A program made the position numbers and the translations under genes. A stretch of 64,000 nucleotides of DNA, taken from assembly GCA_963761335.1 (NCBI GenBank), contig CAVXGR010000018.1:640001-704000 (forward strand), written 5' to 3'. The notes beneath the pieces are model-generated. The model was given only the letters and a program-made list of their open reading frames with translations, searched no databases and was not told the DNA's origin. How positions within the stretch are numbered: the first letter of the stretch is position 1; each line of letters starts with the position of its first letter. Below, in pieces: positions 38,023 through 47,306 of the stretch. Source of the DNA: an uncultured delta proteobacterium (GTDB lineage Bacteria > Desulfobacterota > Binatia > HRBIN30 > BPIQ01).

Positions 38023-39030
38023 TTGATGCGCTCCGCGGTCACCGGAGCCGCGGGCTTTCTCGGCCTGGCAATCGTCCGCCATCTGCTCGTCGGCGGCGAT
38101 CAGGTGCGCGGCGTGGTTCTGCCGGGCGATCCACAGGCGGCGGGGCTGCGGCAGCTCGATCCTGGCGGTGATCGTCTGGATATCGTCGAGGGCGATGTCA
38201 CCGACATCGGCTCGCTGGCGCCGGCGTTCCGCGGCGTCCACCGCGTCTTTCACACAGCGGCCCTGGTGCACGCCTGGGCGCCGTTGTCGCGCTTTCGCAC
38301 CGTCAACGTGGGCGGCATGCAGAACGTGGCGCGCGCCGCCGCCGAGGCAGGAGTCGAGCGCCTCCTGGCGGTGAGCACCTCGGATGTTTTCGGTATCCCG
38401 CGAGGCGATGAGGTGCTGGACGAGAGCTCGCCGGTGCGCCGCTGGGGCGAACCCTACGCCGACTCGAAGATCGAGGCCGAGCGCTGGCTCTGGCAGTACC
38501 GGCGGGACAGCGGCCTACCGGTGACGGTGATCTATCCCGGCTGGATCTACGGGCCCGGAGACCGCGCCTTCTTGCCGGGGCTGGCGGCCGCGATCCGCGG
38601 CGGCTTCATGATTTTCTGGGCGCGTCAGGTGCGCCTCGCCTGGGCCTACATCGACAACATCGCCGATGCCTGCGTGTTGGCCAGCGCCGAGCCCCGCGCC
38701 GCCGGGGAAGGGTACCTCGTCCACGACGGCATGGAGGGGCCGACCTTCGAGGAGGTGTGCGCGCGCATCGCTGGCGCCATCGGGGCGCGTCCGCCGCGGC
38801 GACACGTGCCGTACGCCGCCGCCTACGGCGCGGCGGCGGCGGTGCAGTGGACCTGGCGCACTCTCGGCCTGCGCGGCACACCGCCGCTGCTCACCGTCGA
38901 TGTGAAAGCCTTCGGCCGCTCGTTTCGCCTGTCCAACGAGAAGATCCGCGCCCTCGGCTGGCGGCCGCGCGTGCCGACCGAAGAGGGCATGGAGCGCGCT
39001 CTGGCGTGTCTCAAGCCGGCGCGCGAGTGA
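38023..39030 (+). CDS. NAD-dependent epimerase/dehydratase (3-beta-HSD-like extended SDR)
   Basis: VTGAAGFLG, YADSKIEAE (YxxxK), YGPGD. Confidence 0.9.
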   Translation: MMRSAVTGAAGFLGLAIVRHLLVGGDQVRGVVLPGDPQAAGLRQLDPGGDRLDIVEGDVTDIGSLAPAFRGVHRVFHTAALVHAWAPLSRFRTVNVGGMQNVARAAAEAGVERLLAVSTSDVFGIPRGDEVLDESSPVRRWGEPYADSKIEAERWLWQYRRDSGLPVTVIYPGWIYGPGDRAFLPGLAAAIRGGFMIFWARQVRLAWAYIDNIADACVLASAEPRAAGEGYLVHDGMEGPTFEEVCARIAGAIGARPPRRHVPYAAAYGAAAAVQWTWRTLGLRGTPPLLTVDVKAFGRSFRLSNEKIRALGWRPRVPTEEGMERALACLKPARE

Positions 39031-39051
39031 GCGGCTCGGCAGGAGCCCTGG

Positions 39052-40137
39052 CTACGGCCGAACCTCGTAGTAGGCGTTCACCGGGTTGCCGAACTCGTGG
39101 CGCTGGAAGCGTGTGAACCCGGCGGCGGCCGTCATCTGGCGCGCCACCGGCTCGCTGAAGCCGAGCGTGCCGAGCCCGGCTCCGCCCGGCACCGACAGGG
39201 CCGAGGACATACAGCTCATGATCGAGAAGCCGTACATCAGGGCCACCATGGGATTGCGCTCGAGGTTCTCCTCGAAGGTCGGCTTGGCATTGATGTCGGC
39301 GATCAGCCAGGTGCCGTCCGCCTTCAGCGCCTTGCGGACCGCGTCCATCACTTCCTCGGGGTGAGTCATGTCGTGAATGCAGTCGAAGGCGGTGACCAGG
39401 TCGAAGCTCGCATCCGCGGGTAGGGCGTCGCCGCTGGCGCAGTGGAAGGTGACGTTGCTCACCCCGGCGTCCGCCTTGTTGGCCTCGGCGCGCTCGAGGG
39501 CATGGCGGGAGATGTCGTATCCGTGGAGCTCGGAACGCGGGTAGGACTTCGCCATCTCCAGAAGGGCGAGGCCGGCGCCGCAACCGATGTCGGCGACCTT
39601 GGCGCCGGCCTCGAGCTTGGGCACGACGCCGTCGAGGCTCGGCAGCGCCAGCGGCACCAGGAAGCTGCGAAACCAGGGCGCCAGGAAGCGCTCGATGCCG
39701 ACGGCGCCCTCGGCGCCGAAGGCGTCGTAGGGCAGGCCGATGCCGGTGCGAAATGCCTCCGGCAGGCGCTCGAGAACGGCGACCTGCTGCGGTAGGGAAT
39801 GGAAGCCGCCGGCGGCAAACGCGGGGCTGTTCTCCTCGGCCAGCACCAGCCCGGCCTCCGGCGACATCGAGAAGCGTCCGTCGCCGCGGTAGTCGATCAG
39901 GTGTGCGGCCGCCTGGCCGCGCAACCACTCGCGTACCCAGCGCTCGTTGAGGCCGGTCTTCTGCGCCAGCTCATCGCTACCGATCGCCCCGGCGTCCTTG
40001 AGCGCCCGATAGAGACCGAGGCGGTCACCGAGGTGGATCATCCCCGAAACCACTGCTCCCTCGAGAAATTCGTAGACGTGAAAGACGAACTTCTCCAGCT
40101 TGTCCATGTCCAGGGTCTGTTGCTCTTCTTCGGCCAT
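39052..40137 (-). CDS. class I SAM-dependent methyltransferase with N-terminal winged HTH
   Basis: GDRLGLYRAL, ERWVREWL, DIGCGAG, FDCIHDM. Confidence 0.92.
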   Translation of the reverse strand: MAEEEQQTLDMDKLEKFVFHVYEFLEGAVVSGMIHLGDRLGLYRALKDAGAIGSDELAQKTGLNERWVREWLRGQAAAHLIDYRGDGRFSMSPEAGLVLAEENSPAFAAGGFHSLPQQVAVLERLPEAFRTGIGLPYDAFGAEGAVGIERFLAPWFRSFLVPLALPSLDGVVPKLEAGAKVADIGCGAGLALLEMAKSYPRSELHGYDISRHALERAEANKADAGVSNVTFHCASGDALPADASFDLVTAFDCIHDMTHPEEVMDAVRKALKADGTWLIADINAKPTFEENLERNPMVALMYGFSIMSCMSSALSVPGGAGLGTLGFSEPVARQMTAAAGFTRFQRHEFGNPVNAYYEVRP

Positions 40138-40200
40138 GTGCGCCTCCCGGGGATGAGATAACAAACGCGGGAGGGCAATGTCGACGGCAGCGAGCTGTGG

Positions 40201-40232
40201 AGATGCTGGGTGTTGAGGTGTTGAGGTGTTGG
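40201..40232. repeat. octamer tandem repeat (GGTGTTGA-like x4)
   Basis: agatgctg ggtgttga ggtgttga ggtgttgg. Confidence 0.6.
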
Positions 40233-40235
40233 GCT

Positions 40236-40272
40236 CCCCTTCCCGCGTTGCCTGCGGGAGAAGGGTGAGGGA
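40236..40272. repeat. REP-like hairpin CCCTTCCCGC...GCGGGAGAAGGGTGAGGG
   Basis: Same family as 20950-21054. Confidence 0.6.
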
Positions 40273-40301
40273 ACGACTGCCGAGTGTGCTACACAGCTCG
40301 G

Positions 40302-40982
40302 ATGCTCAAGCTCATGTACGTGGTGTGGAAGGAGGACAGGGCGGCGGTCGAGGATCTGCGGGAACGGCTGCTGGGCGACGTCGGTCCGGCGCTCCTGCGT
40401 CGCACCGCGGGTGAGGTGGTGGTGAACGTGGCCGATACCGGTGCGGCGTTCGGAGGCGCGACCCTGGAGGCCGCCGCGGCAAGTGCGGCGGCCCTGCTGT
40501 CGTTCTGGCTCGACGACCTCGACGACTGCACCGCCGCCGAGAAGGAGATTGCGTCGCTCGGCGGGCGCCGTTCAGGCTTCCTCGTCGACCAGGCAATCCC
40601 GCGCGACTACGACCGCCGCACCTGGCCCGACGGGGCACGCACCCCGGGTGCGAAGCTCGTGTCGCTGTTTCCCAAGCCGGCGCGGCTCTCGGACGAGCAG
40701 TTCTTCGATCACTGGTTCGGCTCCCACACGCCGCTGTCGCTCGAGGTGCATCCGCTGTGGCGCTACGTGCGCAACGTCGTGACTCGCCCGCTCACCCCGG
40801 CGGCACCGCCGTACCGCGGCATCGTCGAGGAGCAGTGCCGGGCGCTCGAGGACCTGACCGATCCGATGCGCTTCTTCGGTGGCGTCGAGAACCTGTCGCG
40901 GGTGCTGGCGGACGTGCGCGCTTTCCTCGACATCGACAGCGTCGAGAACAGCGTCATGAGCGAGTACATCCTGCGCAGCTGA
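40302..40982 (+). CDS. EthD-domain protein
   Basis: LSDEQFFDHWFGSHTPL, YVRNVV, GIVEE. Confidence 0.82.
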   Translation: MLKLMYVVWKEDRAAVEDLRERLLGDVGPALLRRTAGEVVVNVADTGAAFGGATLEAAAASAAALLSFWLDDLDDCTAAEKEIASLGGRRSGFLVDQAIPRDYDRRTWPDGARTPGAKLVSLFPKPARLSDEQFFDHWFGSHTPLSLEVHPLWRYVRNVVTRPLTPAAPPYRGIVEEQCRALEDLTDPMRFFGGVENLSRVLADVRAFLDIDSVENSVMSEYILRS

Positions 40983-41023
40983 ACGGCGGCAGGCTCGCCT
41001 GACGGAGAGGCAACGGCGCATCG

Positions 41024-41455
41024 ATGGACGACGGCAGCACCATCCGCATCAACTCTCGCATCGTCATCCCGCTGAGCGAGATCCAGCTGACCTATGCGCG
41101 CTCCGGTGGACCGGGCGGGCAGAACGTCAACAAGGTCGCCTCCAAGGCGACGCTGCGCTTCAACCTGCGGGACTCGCCATCGATACCGGCAGCGGCGCGG
41201 AGCCGCGCCCTGGAAAAGCTCGCCTCGCGTCTGACGCGCGACGGCGAGCTGCTGCTCTCGGCGAGCGAGTACCGCGACCAGAGTCGCAATCGCGCCGCCG
41301 TTGTCGACCGCTTTCGCGCAGTACTGGCCGGCGCCGTGGCTCGGCCGCGGCGCCGCGTCCCCACCGCTCCCAGCAGGGCTGCGCGCGAGCGCCGTCTCAC
41401 CGAGAAGAAGGCACGCGGCGAGCGCAAGCGGGAAAGAGCGATCAAGGGGGAGTGA
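41024..41455 (+). CDS. arfB: alternative ribosome rescue peptidyl-tRNA hydrolase ArfB
   Basis: RSGGPGGQNVNKV, basic C-terminal tail RRLTEKKARGERK. Confidence 0.95.
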   Translation: MDDGSTIRINSRIVIPLSEIQLTYARSGGPGGQNVNKVASKATLRFNLRDSPSIPAAARSRALEKLASRLTRDGELLLSASEYRDQSRNRAAVVDRFRAVLAGAVARPRRRVPTAPSRAARERRLTEKKARGERKRERAIKGE

Positions 41456-41465
41456 GAGAAGGGAA

Positions 41466-41600
41466 CGTTGACGGGTTTTCGGGTTCGCGGGTTGCCGGGT
41501 TGGCGAACAGACATACTCCATTCTCGTCCCCGGTTCTCGTCCCGTCGTTCTCCATTGAAGCCGCAAGTCGTCAACCCGATAACCCGATAACCCCTCAACG
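41466..41600. repeat. inverted octamer arrays (GGGTTNNC x4 ... AACCCGAT x3)
   Basis: gttgac gggttttc gggttcgc gggttgcc gggttggc ... gtc aacccgat aacccgat aacccctc aac. Confidence 0.7.
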
Positions 41601-41643
41601 GTCTCCCGTTGAATCGAGCGCGCCCGCTCTCTATCGTCGCTCG

Positions 41644-42501
41644 ATGCTGACCTCGCTGGACCATGTCGTCGTCGCCGTCAACGATCTGGCTCGGGCGACG
41701 GATACCTACCGGCGCCTGCTCGGCCGCGAGATCTCGTGGCGCGGTGAGCATCCGAGCTTCGGCACCGCGAACGTGCTGTTCCGCCTGAGCAACACCTATA
41801 TCGAGCTGCTCGCTCCCACAGGCGAGGCGGCGCTGGCGGCGCGGCTGCGACAGCATCTGCAGGAGAGGGGGGAGGGGCTCTTTGCTCTCGCCTTCGGAAC
41901 CGCTGATGCGGTCGCCTGTGCCGAGGCTCTGCGCCAGGGCGGCCTGGGCGCCTCGGCTCCGGTGGAAGGCTCGGGGCGCGAGGCCATCAGCGGCGCCGAG
42001 CGTCGCTGGCGCAATGTCTTCGTGGACGAGGACGCGACTCGCGGTGTGTTCCTCTTCGCCATCGAGCATCTTTCGCCGCCCGAGTCGCTGCGGCCAGCGG
42101 CGCCCACGGGCGCGGAGAGCGCCGCGGTTACCGGGCTCGATCACGTGGTGATCATGAGCCCGAATGCGGACGCCTCGGCACAGCTCTACGGTCAACGGCT
42201 CGGGATCCGCCTCGCCCTCGATCGGGTCTTCGAGGCGAGGGGCGTTCGCCTGCTCTTCTTCCGCATCGGCGGGGTGACGGTGGAGATCGCCTCCAGTCTC
42301 GCCGGCGGCGGCGCGGAAGACGGCGACCGCCTGTGGGGAATGTCCTACAAGGTCGCCCACGTGGCGGCGGCGCGCCAGCGCGTCGCCGAGGCGGGCTTCG
42401 ACGTCTCCGAGGTTCGCCCGGGGCACAAGCCCGGAACCCGGGTCTGCACGGTGCGCGGCGAGACCCACGGCGTGCAGACCCTCTTCATCGGGCCGGAGTA
42501 G
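41644..42501 (+). CDS. VOC/glyoxalase-like tandem-domain protein
   Basis: LDHVVVAVNDL...GTANVLF..YIEL and a second LDHVVI domain. Confidence 0.87.
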   Translation: MLTSLDHVVVAVNDLARATDTYRRLLGREISWRGEHPSFGTANVLFRLSNTYIELLAPTGEAALAARLRQHLQERGEGLFALAFGTADAVACAEALRQGGLGASAPVEGSGREAISGAERRWRNVFVDEDATRGVFLFAIEHLSPPESLRPAAPTGAESAAVTGLDHVVIMSPNADASAQLYGQRLGIRLALDRVFEARGVRLLFFRIGGVTVEIASSLAGGGAEDGDRLWGMSYKVAHVAAARQRVAEAGFDVSEVRPGHKPGTRVCTVRGETHGVQTLFIGPE

Positions 42502-42543
42502 ACGCCCGGAAAGGGACGGGCTACGCCCAATGCCGGTAGGCGC

Positions 42544-42933
42544 AAGGGGACTGGCTCCTTTTCGGCGCAAGGACGCTCCACTGAAGCAGTCGACTTCCGC
42601 TGCCGAAAAGGTGCCTGTCCCCGGCCGTTCGCCCACGGAGATTATCGCCCTGCAGGGGCGGAGGCATGTAGCCCCGGGTGCCAACCCGGGGAACCTTTAT
42701 GGGGCCCATCATGGCGCGCCCCGCCAGGGGCGCGGGCCCGCGTCTGCCAGCGCCCCTGCCGGGGCGCTGATCCGGGCTCGCTGGACGCCGTTCCCCGGGT
42801 TGGCACCCGGGGCTACATGCCGGCGCCCCTGACGGGGCGAGGTCTCGGCCCCCGAAGGGGACAGGCACCTTTTCGGCGGCGAGGCCCGGAGACCTCGCCG
42901 GTCCCTCGAGCCGAAATGGAGCCTGTCCCCTTC
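42544..42933. repeat. composite palindromic element: a GTAG-type REP doublet (42645-42840) between two GGGGACAGGCACC-type doublets
   Basis: GCATGTAGCCCCGGGTGCCAACCCGGGGAA at 42664-42693 with its exact inverse at 42791-42820. Outer doublets at 42544-42622 and 42854-42933. Confidence 0.85.
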
Positions 42934-45703
42934 ACTGCCCAGGCCGCCGTCTCCGGCGGAGGAGGATCACCAGAGCCAGCAGCGGCCAGACGCCCGCGGA
43001 CGCTGGACCACCGGCTGCGATCTGGCAGCCGGAGTCCGAGCTCGGGAGCGGCGTCGGCGTCTGCGTCGACTCGGGCGTCGATGTTGCCGGCGGGATCTCA
43101 GTTGCCGTTGCGGTGGGGATGGCGGTCGCCGTCGGTGTCGCCGAGGGCGCCACTTGCGCGATGCACGGCTCGCCGAGGTCAGCGATGCGCGAGGGAGGCA
43201 GAGCTTGCTGGTAGCGATCGAAGGCGCTGGGGTCGTCGAGGGCCATGGCGGTGAGATAGAAGAGGATGCCCTCCCACAGGTGTGGTGTGGCGACGCGCTG
43301 CGATGCCTCGGGTCCGTTGGGTCCTTGGACCACGAGCATCGACTCGCCGAACTGGCGCGTCTGCGGCGTGGCGTGCTCCTCGGCGAGGAGGTCGCGCAGC
43401 TCGGCGAGCTTCGGTCCGAGCTCGGCGTCGCCGCCGAAGACCAGGCCGAGGGGCACGGTGGTCTTCATGAAGTACGAGCCGCCTGCGGTCTGCAGTTGAA
43501 CGGCCGGCGTAATGACCTGGAGGTCTCCGCGCAGCTGCGTTTCGACTCGAGGATCGTCCCAGGCGAACACGCGCATCGGCCAGACCATCCAGGCGGTATC
43601 ACCGGTGGGTGCGCGCGACGGGTCGAAGCTCTGCCCGGGTTGGCTGACGAAGCGCATCGCCTCGGCGTCGTAGAGGAGCGTTTCGATGGCGTGCCGCAGC
43701 TCGCAGCCGCGCGCTTCCCAGCGCTGTGCCTCGACGTCGCGGCCGAGGAGACGCGCGGCGCGGGCGCTGACGTCGAGGGCTCCGTACACGGTCACGGCGC
43801 CGTGCAGAGTCTGGGTGTAGGCGCCGTTGTCGTCCTCGCTGGCCGGCGCCTGCAGCCCGGTCTCGGGGTCGCGCCAGTCGGCCAGCAGATCGGCGGCGCG
43901 TGAGATCGTGCCCCAGTGAGCCTCGAGATAGCTCGCGGCGTCGGCGACCCAGCCGGCATGGGTGACGATGGACCAGAGCGCGAACGCGGTGTTGTCGATC
44001 TCGAAGCGCAGAGGACCGCCGGTGGTGCCATCGGGGAAATAGTTCATCTCCCAGGCGCCGGCGGGGTAGGTGCTCGCCTCGCCGCTGCGCGGATCGCGGG
44101 GTGGCGGCTGGTCGATCAGCACCGTCGGCGCCACCGGCGTCCGCCGCTGCCAGGCGGCGTAGAGATCGGCGCGCCGGTCGACGATTTCCGACTGCCCGGA
44201 GATCTCCAGGGCGACGTCGAAGAAGGTGCCGTCGCGGGGCCAGTCGAGGCCGTAGGGCGGCTGGCGCGAGATCGAGGCGACGATCGAGCCGCTGGCGCGG
44301 TCCGTGCCGACGCGCAGATTGATCAGGGCGCGGCGCGCCACGGCGCGTGCCTCGGCCGGCGCATTCGGCAGCCGCACCGAGGACAGCCAGGTGTCGAGAG
44401 CCTGGCGCGAGGCGTTGACCACCTGCACCCCGTCGCTCACGCTTGCTGCCGCCGCCCGCGCCTGTGCCGCCGTCGGTGCCAGGCCGAGGACCACCGCCGC
44501 CCTCGCCACGCCGTCCTCGGCGAAGGTGAGCGGCGTGCGCAGTGCTTCGTTGACCTCTCCGGCGGCGATGCCGCTTCCTTCGAGCTCGCCGTCGGCGGCG
44601 TCCTGAAGAGCGTCGGTCGGCTGATACGTCCAGCCCTCTCGTGTTGGTAGCGGCGTCTGCTCGTGGCAGCGCAGGACGTCGATGACCGAGGGGTCCACAG
44701 GCAGCTCGATGCCGGGGAAGATCTGCGGCAGCTGCAGGATGTTGTCGCCGATGGTGTCGCGCATCGCACAGAGCGGCGTGGCGTCAAAGCCGATCTGGTG
44801 CTGATCGGCCTCCGGCCGGGTGGTGAGGGCGATATAGCTGCCCGCGGAGTAGCTCTGGTCGAGCCCGCTGGCGATGTCTTGCAGCTCGGCGTCGCCGGGT
44901 GCGCCGCGTTGCAGCTGATCGCCGATCGGGCCGTAGGCGACCGGCGGCGCGGCGAGCAGGTCGGTGAGCTGGCGGTAGACGAGCTGGTCCTGCGGGTGGA
45001 AGTGGATCACCGATGCGGACGACTGGTCCCACACGGCGGCGAAGTCGTTGCTGCCGTCGAAGACCCAGTCGAGAACCGGCAGCTCCGCGATCCGCGAGTT
45101 GGGCGGCATGGGGGAGAGATTGGCGTAGGTGAGCAGCCAGGCGGCGGTCACCGGGCTCTGCGTTTCCCGCCGCAGCTCGACGGCGCGCACCATGACGTCG
45201 GCGGCGTCGGCATCGGTCGACGGCGGCTGGATGGCGTCGGTGACCGTGACCGTCAGCCCGAGAGCGGCGCTGGTGTATCGGGTGACCGGATTGGGACCGT
45301 CTTCCTCGCCGTAGCTCTGCTCGATCGTCCAGGTGCTGCGGTCGCGCAGCCAGGTGACCTGCGGAGCCGCGTCGCCGCCGGTCTCCAGCCGCAGCCCGAG
45401 GAAGATGCCCGCCCCTTCCGGAGCGCCGAAGCGGGGCAGCGAGCGCGCGTGGAAGTCGTTGGAGGAGAGATAGGCGAGCTGATCGCTGTAGCTGGGGTTC
45501 GGCCAGGTGAGGACGGTGACGTCGCCGTCCGCCGAGATCCCTGCCGCCAGCCGGCCGTGGCCGGTGACGGCGTTGATGTTGGTGGCGCCATAGATGTGCT
45601 CGATGCCGTCAATGCCGCTGTCGGCGGCGGCGCCGCTGGCGAAGGCGGCGAGCAGGATCGCGACGGCTCCGAATCGGCCTGCGGATCTGATCATGCCCGG
45701 CAA
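42932..45703 (-). CDS. secreted GH15-like (six-hairpin) glycoside hydrolase with MYXO-CTERM-like anchor
   Basis: Signal peptide; GSIVAS..QPPYGLDWPRDG, FEIDNT; Pro/Thr linker; tail SGCQI..VWPLLALVILLRRRRR. Confidence 0.8.
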   Translation of the reverse strand: MPGMIRSAGRFGAVAILLAAFASGAAADSGIDGIEHIYGATNINAVTGHGRLAAGISADGDVTVLTWPNPSYSDQLAYLSSNDFHARSLPRFGAPEGAGIFLGLRLETGGDAAPQVTWLRDRSTWTIEQSYGEEDGPNPVTRYTSAALGLTVTVTDAIQPPSTDADAADVMVRAVELRRETQSPVTAAWLLTYANLSPMPPNSRIAELPVLDWVFDGSNDFAAVWDQSSASVIHFHPQDQLVYRQLTDLLAAPPVAYGPIGDQLQRGAPGDAELQDIASGLDQSYSAGSYIALTTRPEADQHQIGFDATPLCAMRDTIGDNILQLPQIFPGIELPVDPSVIDVLRCHEQTPLPTREGWTYQPTDALQDAADGELEGSGIAAGEVNEALRTPLTFAEDGVARAAVVLGLAPTAAQARAAAASVSDGVQVVNASRQALDTWLSSVRLPNAPAEARAVARRALINLRVGTDRASGSIVASISRQPPYGLDWPRDGTFFDVALEISGQSEIVDRRADLYAAWQRRTPVAPTVLIDQPPPRDPRSGEASTYPAGAWEMNYFPDGTTGGPLRFEIDNTAFALWSIVTHAGWVADAASYLEAHWGTISRAADLLADWRDPETGLQAPASEDDNGAYTQTLHGAVTVYGALDVSARAARLLGRDVEAQRWEARGCELRHAIETLLYDAEAMRFVSQPGQSFDPSRAPTGDTAWMVWPMRVFAWDDPRVETQLRGDLQVITPAVQLQTAGGSYFMKTTVPLGLVFGGDAELGPKLAELRDLLAEEHATPQTRQFGESMLVVQGPNGPEASQRVATPHLWEGILFYLTAMALDDPSAFDRYQQALPPSRIADLGEPCIAQVAPSATPTATAIPTATATEIPPATSTPESTQTPTPLPSSDSGCQIAAGGPASAGVWPLLALVILLRRRRRPGQ

Positions 45704-45763
45704 TCTAGAAGGCCTCGGTCACCGGTGGCAAGGGCCCGTGCAAGACAATCTGTCCCGCCGCAA

Positions 45764-46102
45764 GGTAGAAGCGCCGTCCCGGCGCTTCCGGGGGTTTCGA
45801 CGTTTTGTGTCGAGGAAGATCGCCCCGCCAGGGGCGCGGGCATGTAGCCCCGGGTGCCAACCCGGGGAAAATGCGCGGTCTCGCATGGCGCGCCCCGCCA
45901 GGGGCGCGGGCACATGTCCGTCGAGCACTGCGGTTGTGTACCGCGCGTTCGGCCCGTTGCCACGCGCCTGCGCCCCTTCCGGGGCGCTGAGATGGGCTAC
46001 CTGGAAGGCCATTCCCCGGGTTTCACCCGGGGCTACATGCCCGCGCCCCTGACGGGGCGAGAACGCCCAAGCCCGAGGAAGCCGCGGGACGCCGCTTCTA
46101 CC
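45764..46102. repeat. composite palindromic element: the same GTAG-type REP doublet (45820-46060) inside a GTAGAAGCG-type inverted pair
   Basis: The inner unit matches 42645-42840. Outer arms at 45764-45789 and 46077-46102 match the 34343 family. Confidence 0.85.
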
Positions 46103-46139
46103 GGCCGCGGGTTGGGGAATCGGCGACACGAGAACCGCC

Positions 46140-46172
46140 TTTGCAAGAGATTTGCACGATCTTTCCCACACC
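46140..46172 (+). promoter_or_regulatory. 11-bp-period direct repeats (OmpR/CreB-type box candidate)
   Basis: TTTGCAAGAGA TTTGCACGATC TTTCCCACACC, upstream of the VIT-like/RR/HK genes. Confidence 0.5.
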
Positions 46173-46244
46173 TCTCCATGCCGGCGAGATCACCAACGCG
46201 CATTGCTCTGCTCTAATCCGGTGGTGGAGATCGGGGGAGGTTCG

Positions 46245-47225
46245 ATGCGTGCCGAGCAGCAGACCGAAGACAGGCTTTCCGAAAAGGTCGCGGGGGACAG
46301 GTCGCTCTTCTTTCTCCTCCTGTCCCTGCTGCGGCCGAGCCTGCGGCTCGAGGCTCCCGGAGAGTACCGGCGTCTGGGACTGCCGCGGCAGAGAGCACGC
46401 ATCCGCGCCTGGCGGCGCGGCGGACTGATCTGTCTGTCGCTGCATCAGAGATTCGAAAGTGTGGAGAGCGGGCCTCGGGGAGTGGCGTGTACTTTTCCGT
46501 TGCCGCCGGGCGCTGTGATCACGGCCATGGACCTGAACCACGGAGCGCCTCGGGTCGCGGCGCGGGTGGGCGGTCGCCGGCCGTTGCGGGAGGAGTTCGA
46601 GCAGGCCCGCTGGGGCGGATGCCGGGCAGCCTTGCTGCGCCAGGACGCGCCGGGAGTGTTCACCCAGGAGCTCTCGTGGATGGAGCGCGGAACGGCTGCG
46701 ACCACGCGCCTCACCGCCTGCTATCCCGTGCCGCCGGACTATCGCGGCGACCGCGGCGATCACCTCCAGCTGACCCTGAGCTTCGCGGCCGAGGCCAGCC
46801 CGCCCGAGGTCGGCTTCGAGGCGGCGGCGCGCCGCTTCAATCTCTTTCCGGGAGGTGTGGCCGCCGGCGAGCGCGCCGCCGAGGGTGCGCTGCTGTCTCG
46901 TCAGACCGAGAGCGGCTCGCTCGCGGTCTTTCGCGGCCGATTGGCCGGGCGCCGGGTGCGCGTGGTGCTGGAGACCTGTGCTGCCGGCCCGAGTGTCATC
47001 CCGGACATTGCCCCGGCGATGGAGCTCACCTGCCGGCGCATTGCCGAGCTGGCGGAGATGCATCGGTCCGCCGCCAAGTGGAGCGCCGAGCGAGAGCGGC
47101 TCGCCGTGCGGGTGGCGGATATCGGCCTCGAGCAGCGCCTGGTGACGCCGTGGACGAGCATGCTGGCGGGGGCTGGCGGCGGCATCGACTCGGACGGCGA
47201 AGCGATGATCGCGGCGGCCGTCTAG
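46245..47225 (+). CDS. divergent VIT (vault inter-alpha-trypsin) domain protein lacking vWA
   Basis: LHQRF...TFPLPPGAVITAM...EEFEQAR...AALLRQDAPGVFTQ; C-terminus LEQRLVTPWTSMLA resembles the ends of VIT-vWA proteins. Confidence 0.65.
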   Translation: MRAEQQTEDRLSEKVAGDRSLFFLLLSLLRPSLRLEAPGEYRRLGLPRQRARIRAWRRGGLICLSLHQRFESVESGPRGVACTFPLPPGAVITAMDLNHGAPRVAARVGGRRPLREEFEQARWGGCRAALLRQDAPGVFTQELSWMERGTAATTRLTACYPVPPDYRGDRGDHLQLTLSFAAEASPPEVGFEAAARRFNLFPGGVAAGERAAEGALLSRQTESGSLAVFRGRLAGRRVRVVLETCAAGPSVIPDIAPAMELTCRRIAELAEMHRSAAKWSAERERLAVRVADIGLEQRLVTPWTSMLAGAGGGIDSDGEAMIAAAV

Positions 47226-47306
47226 CTCTGCCAAGGAGCGTGGGCCTTGCGGTTCGCGACCGGGTCTGCTCCCCTACGGCAGGCGGTTGACGCCGAGGAA
47301 TCCCCG

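Noticed and set aside
42544..46102. Composite transposon or IS carrying the GH15-like gene
   Set aside because: There is no transposase, I found no target-site duplication, and the outer arms belong to different families. Kept only as REP-like repeats.
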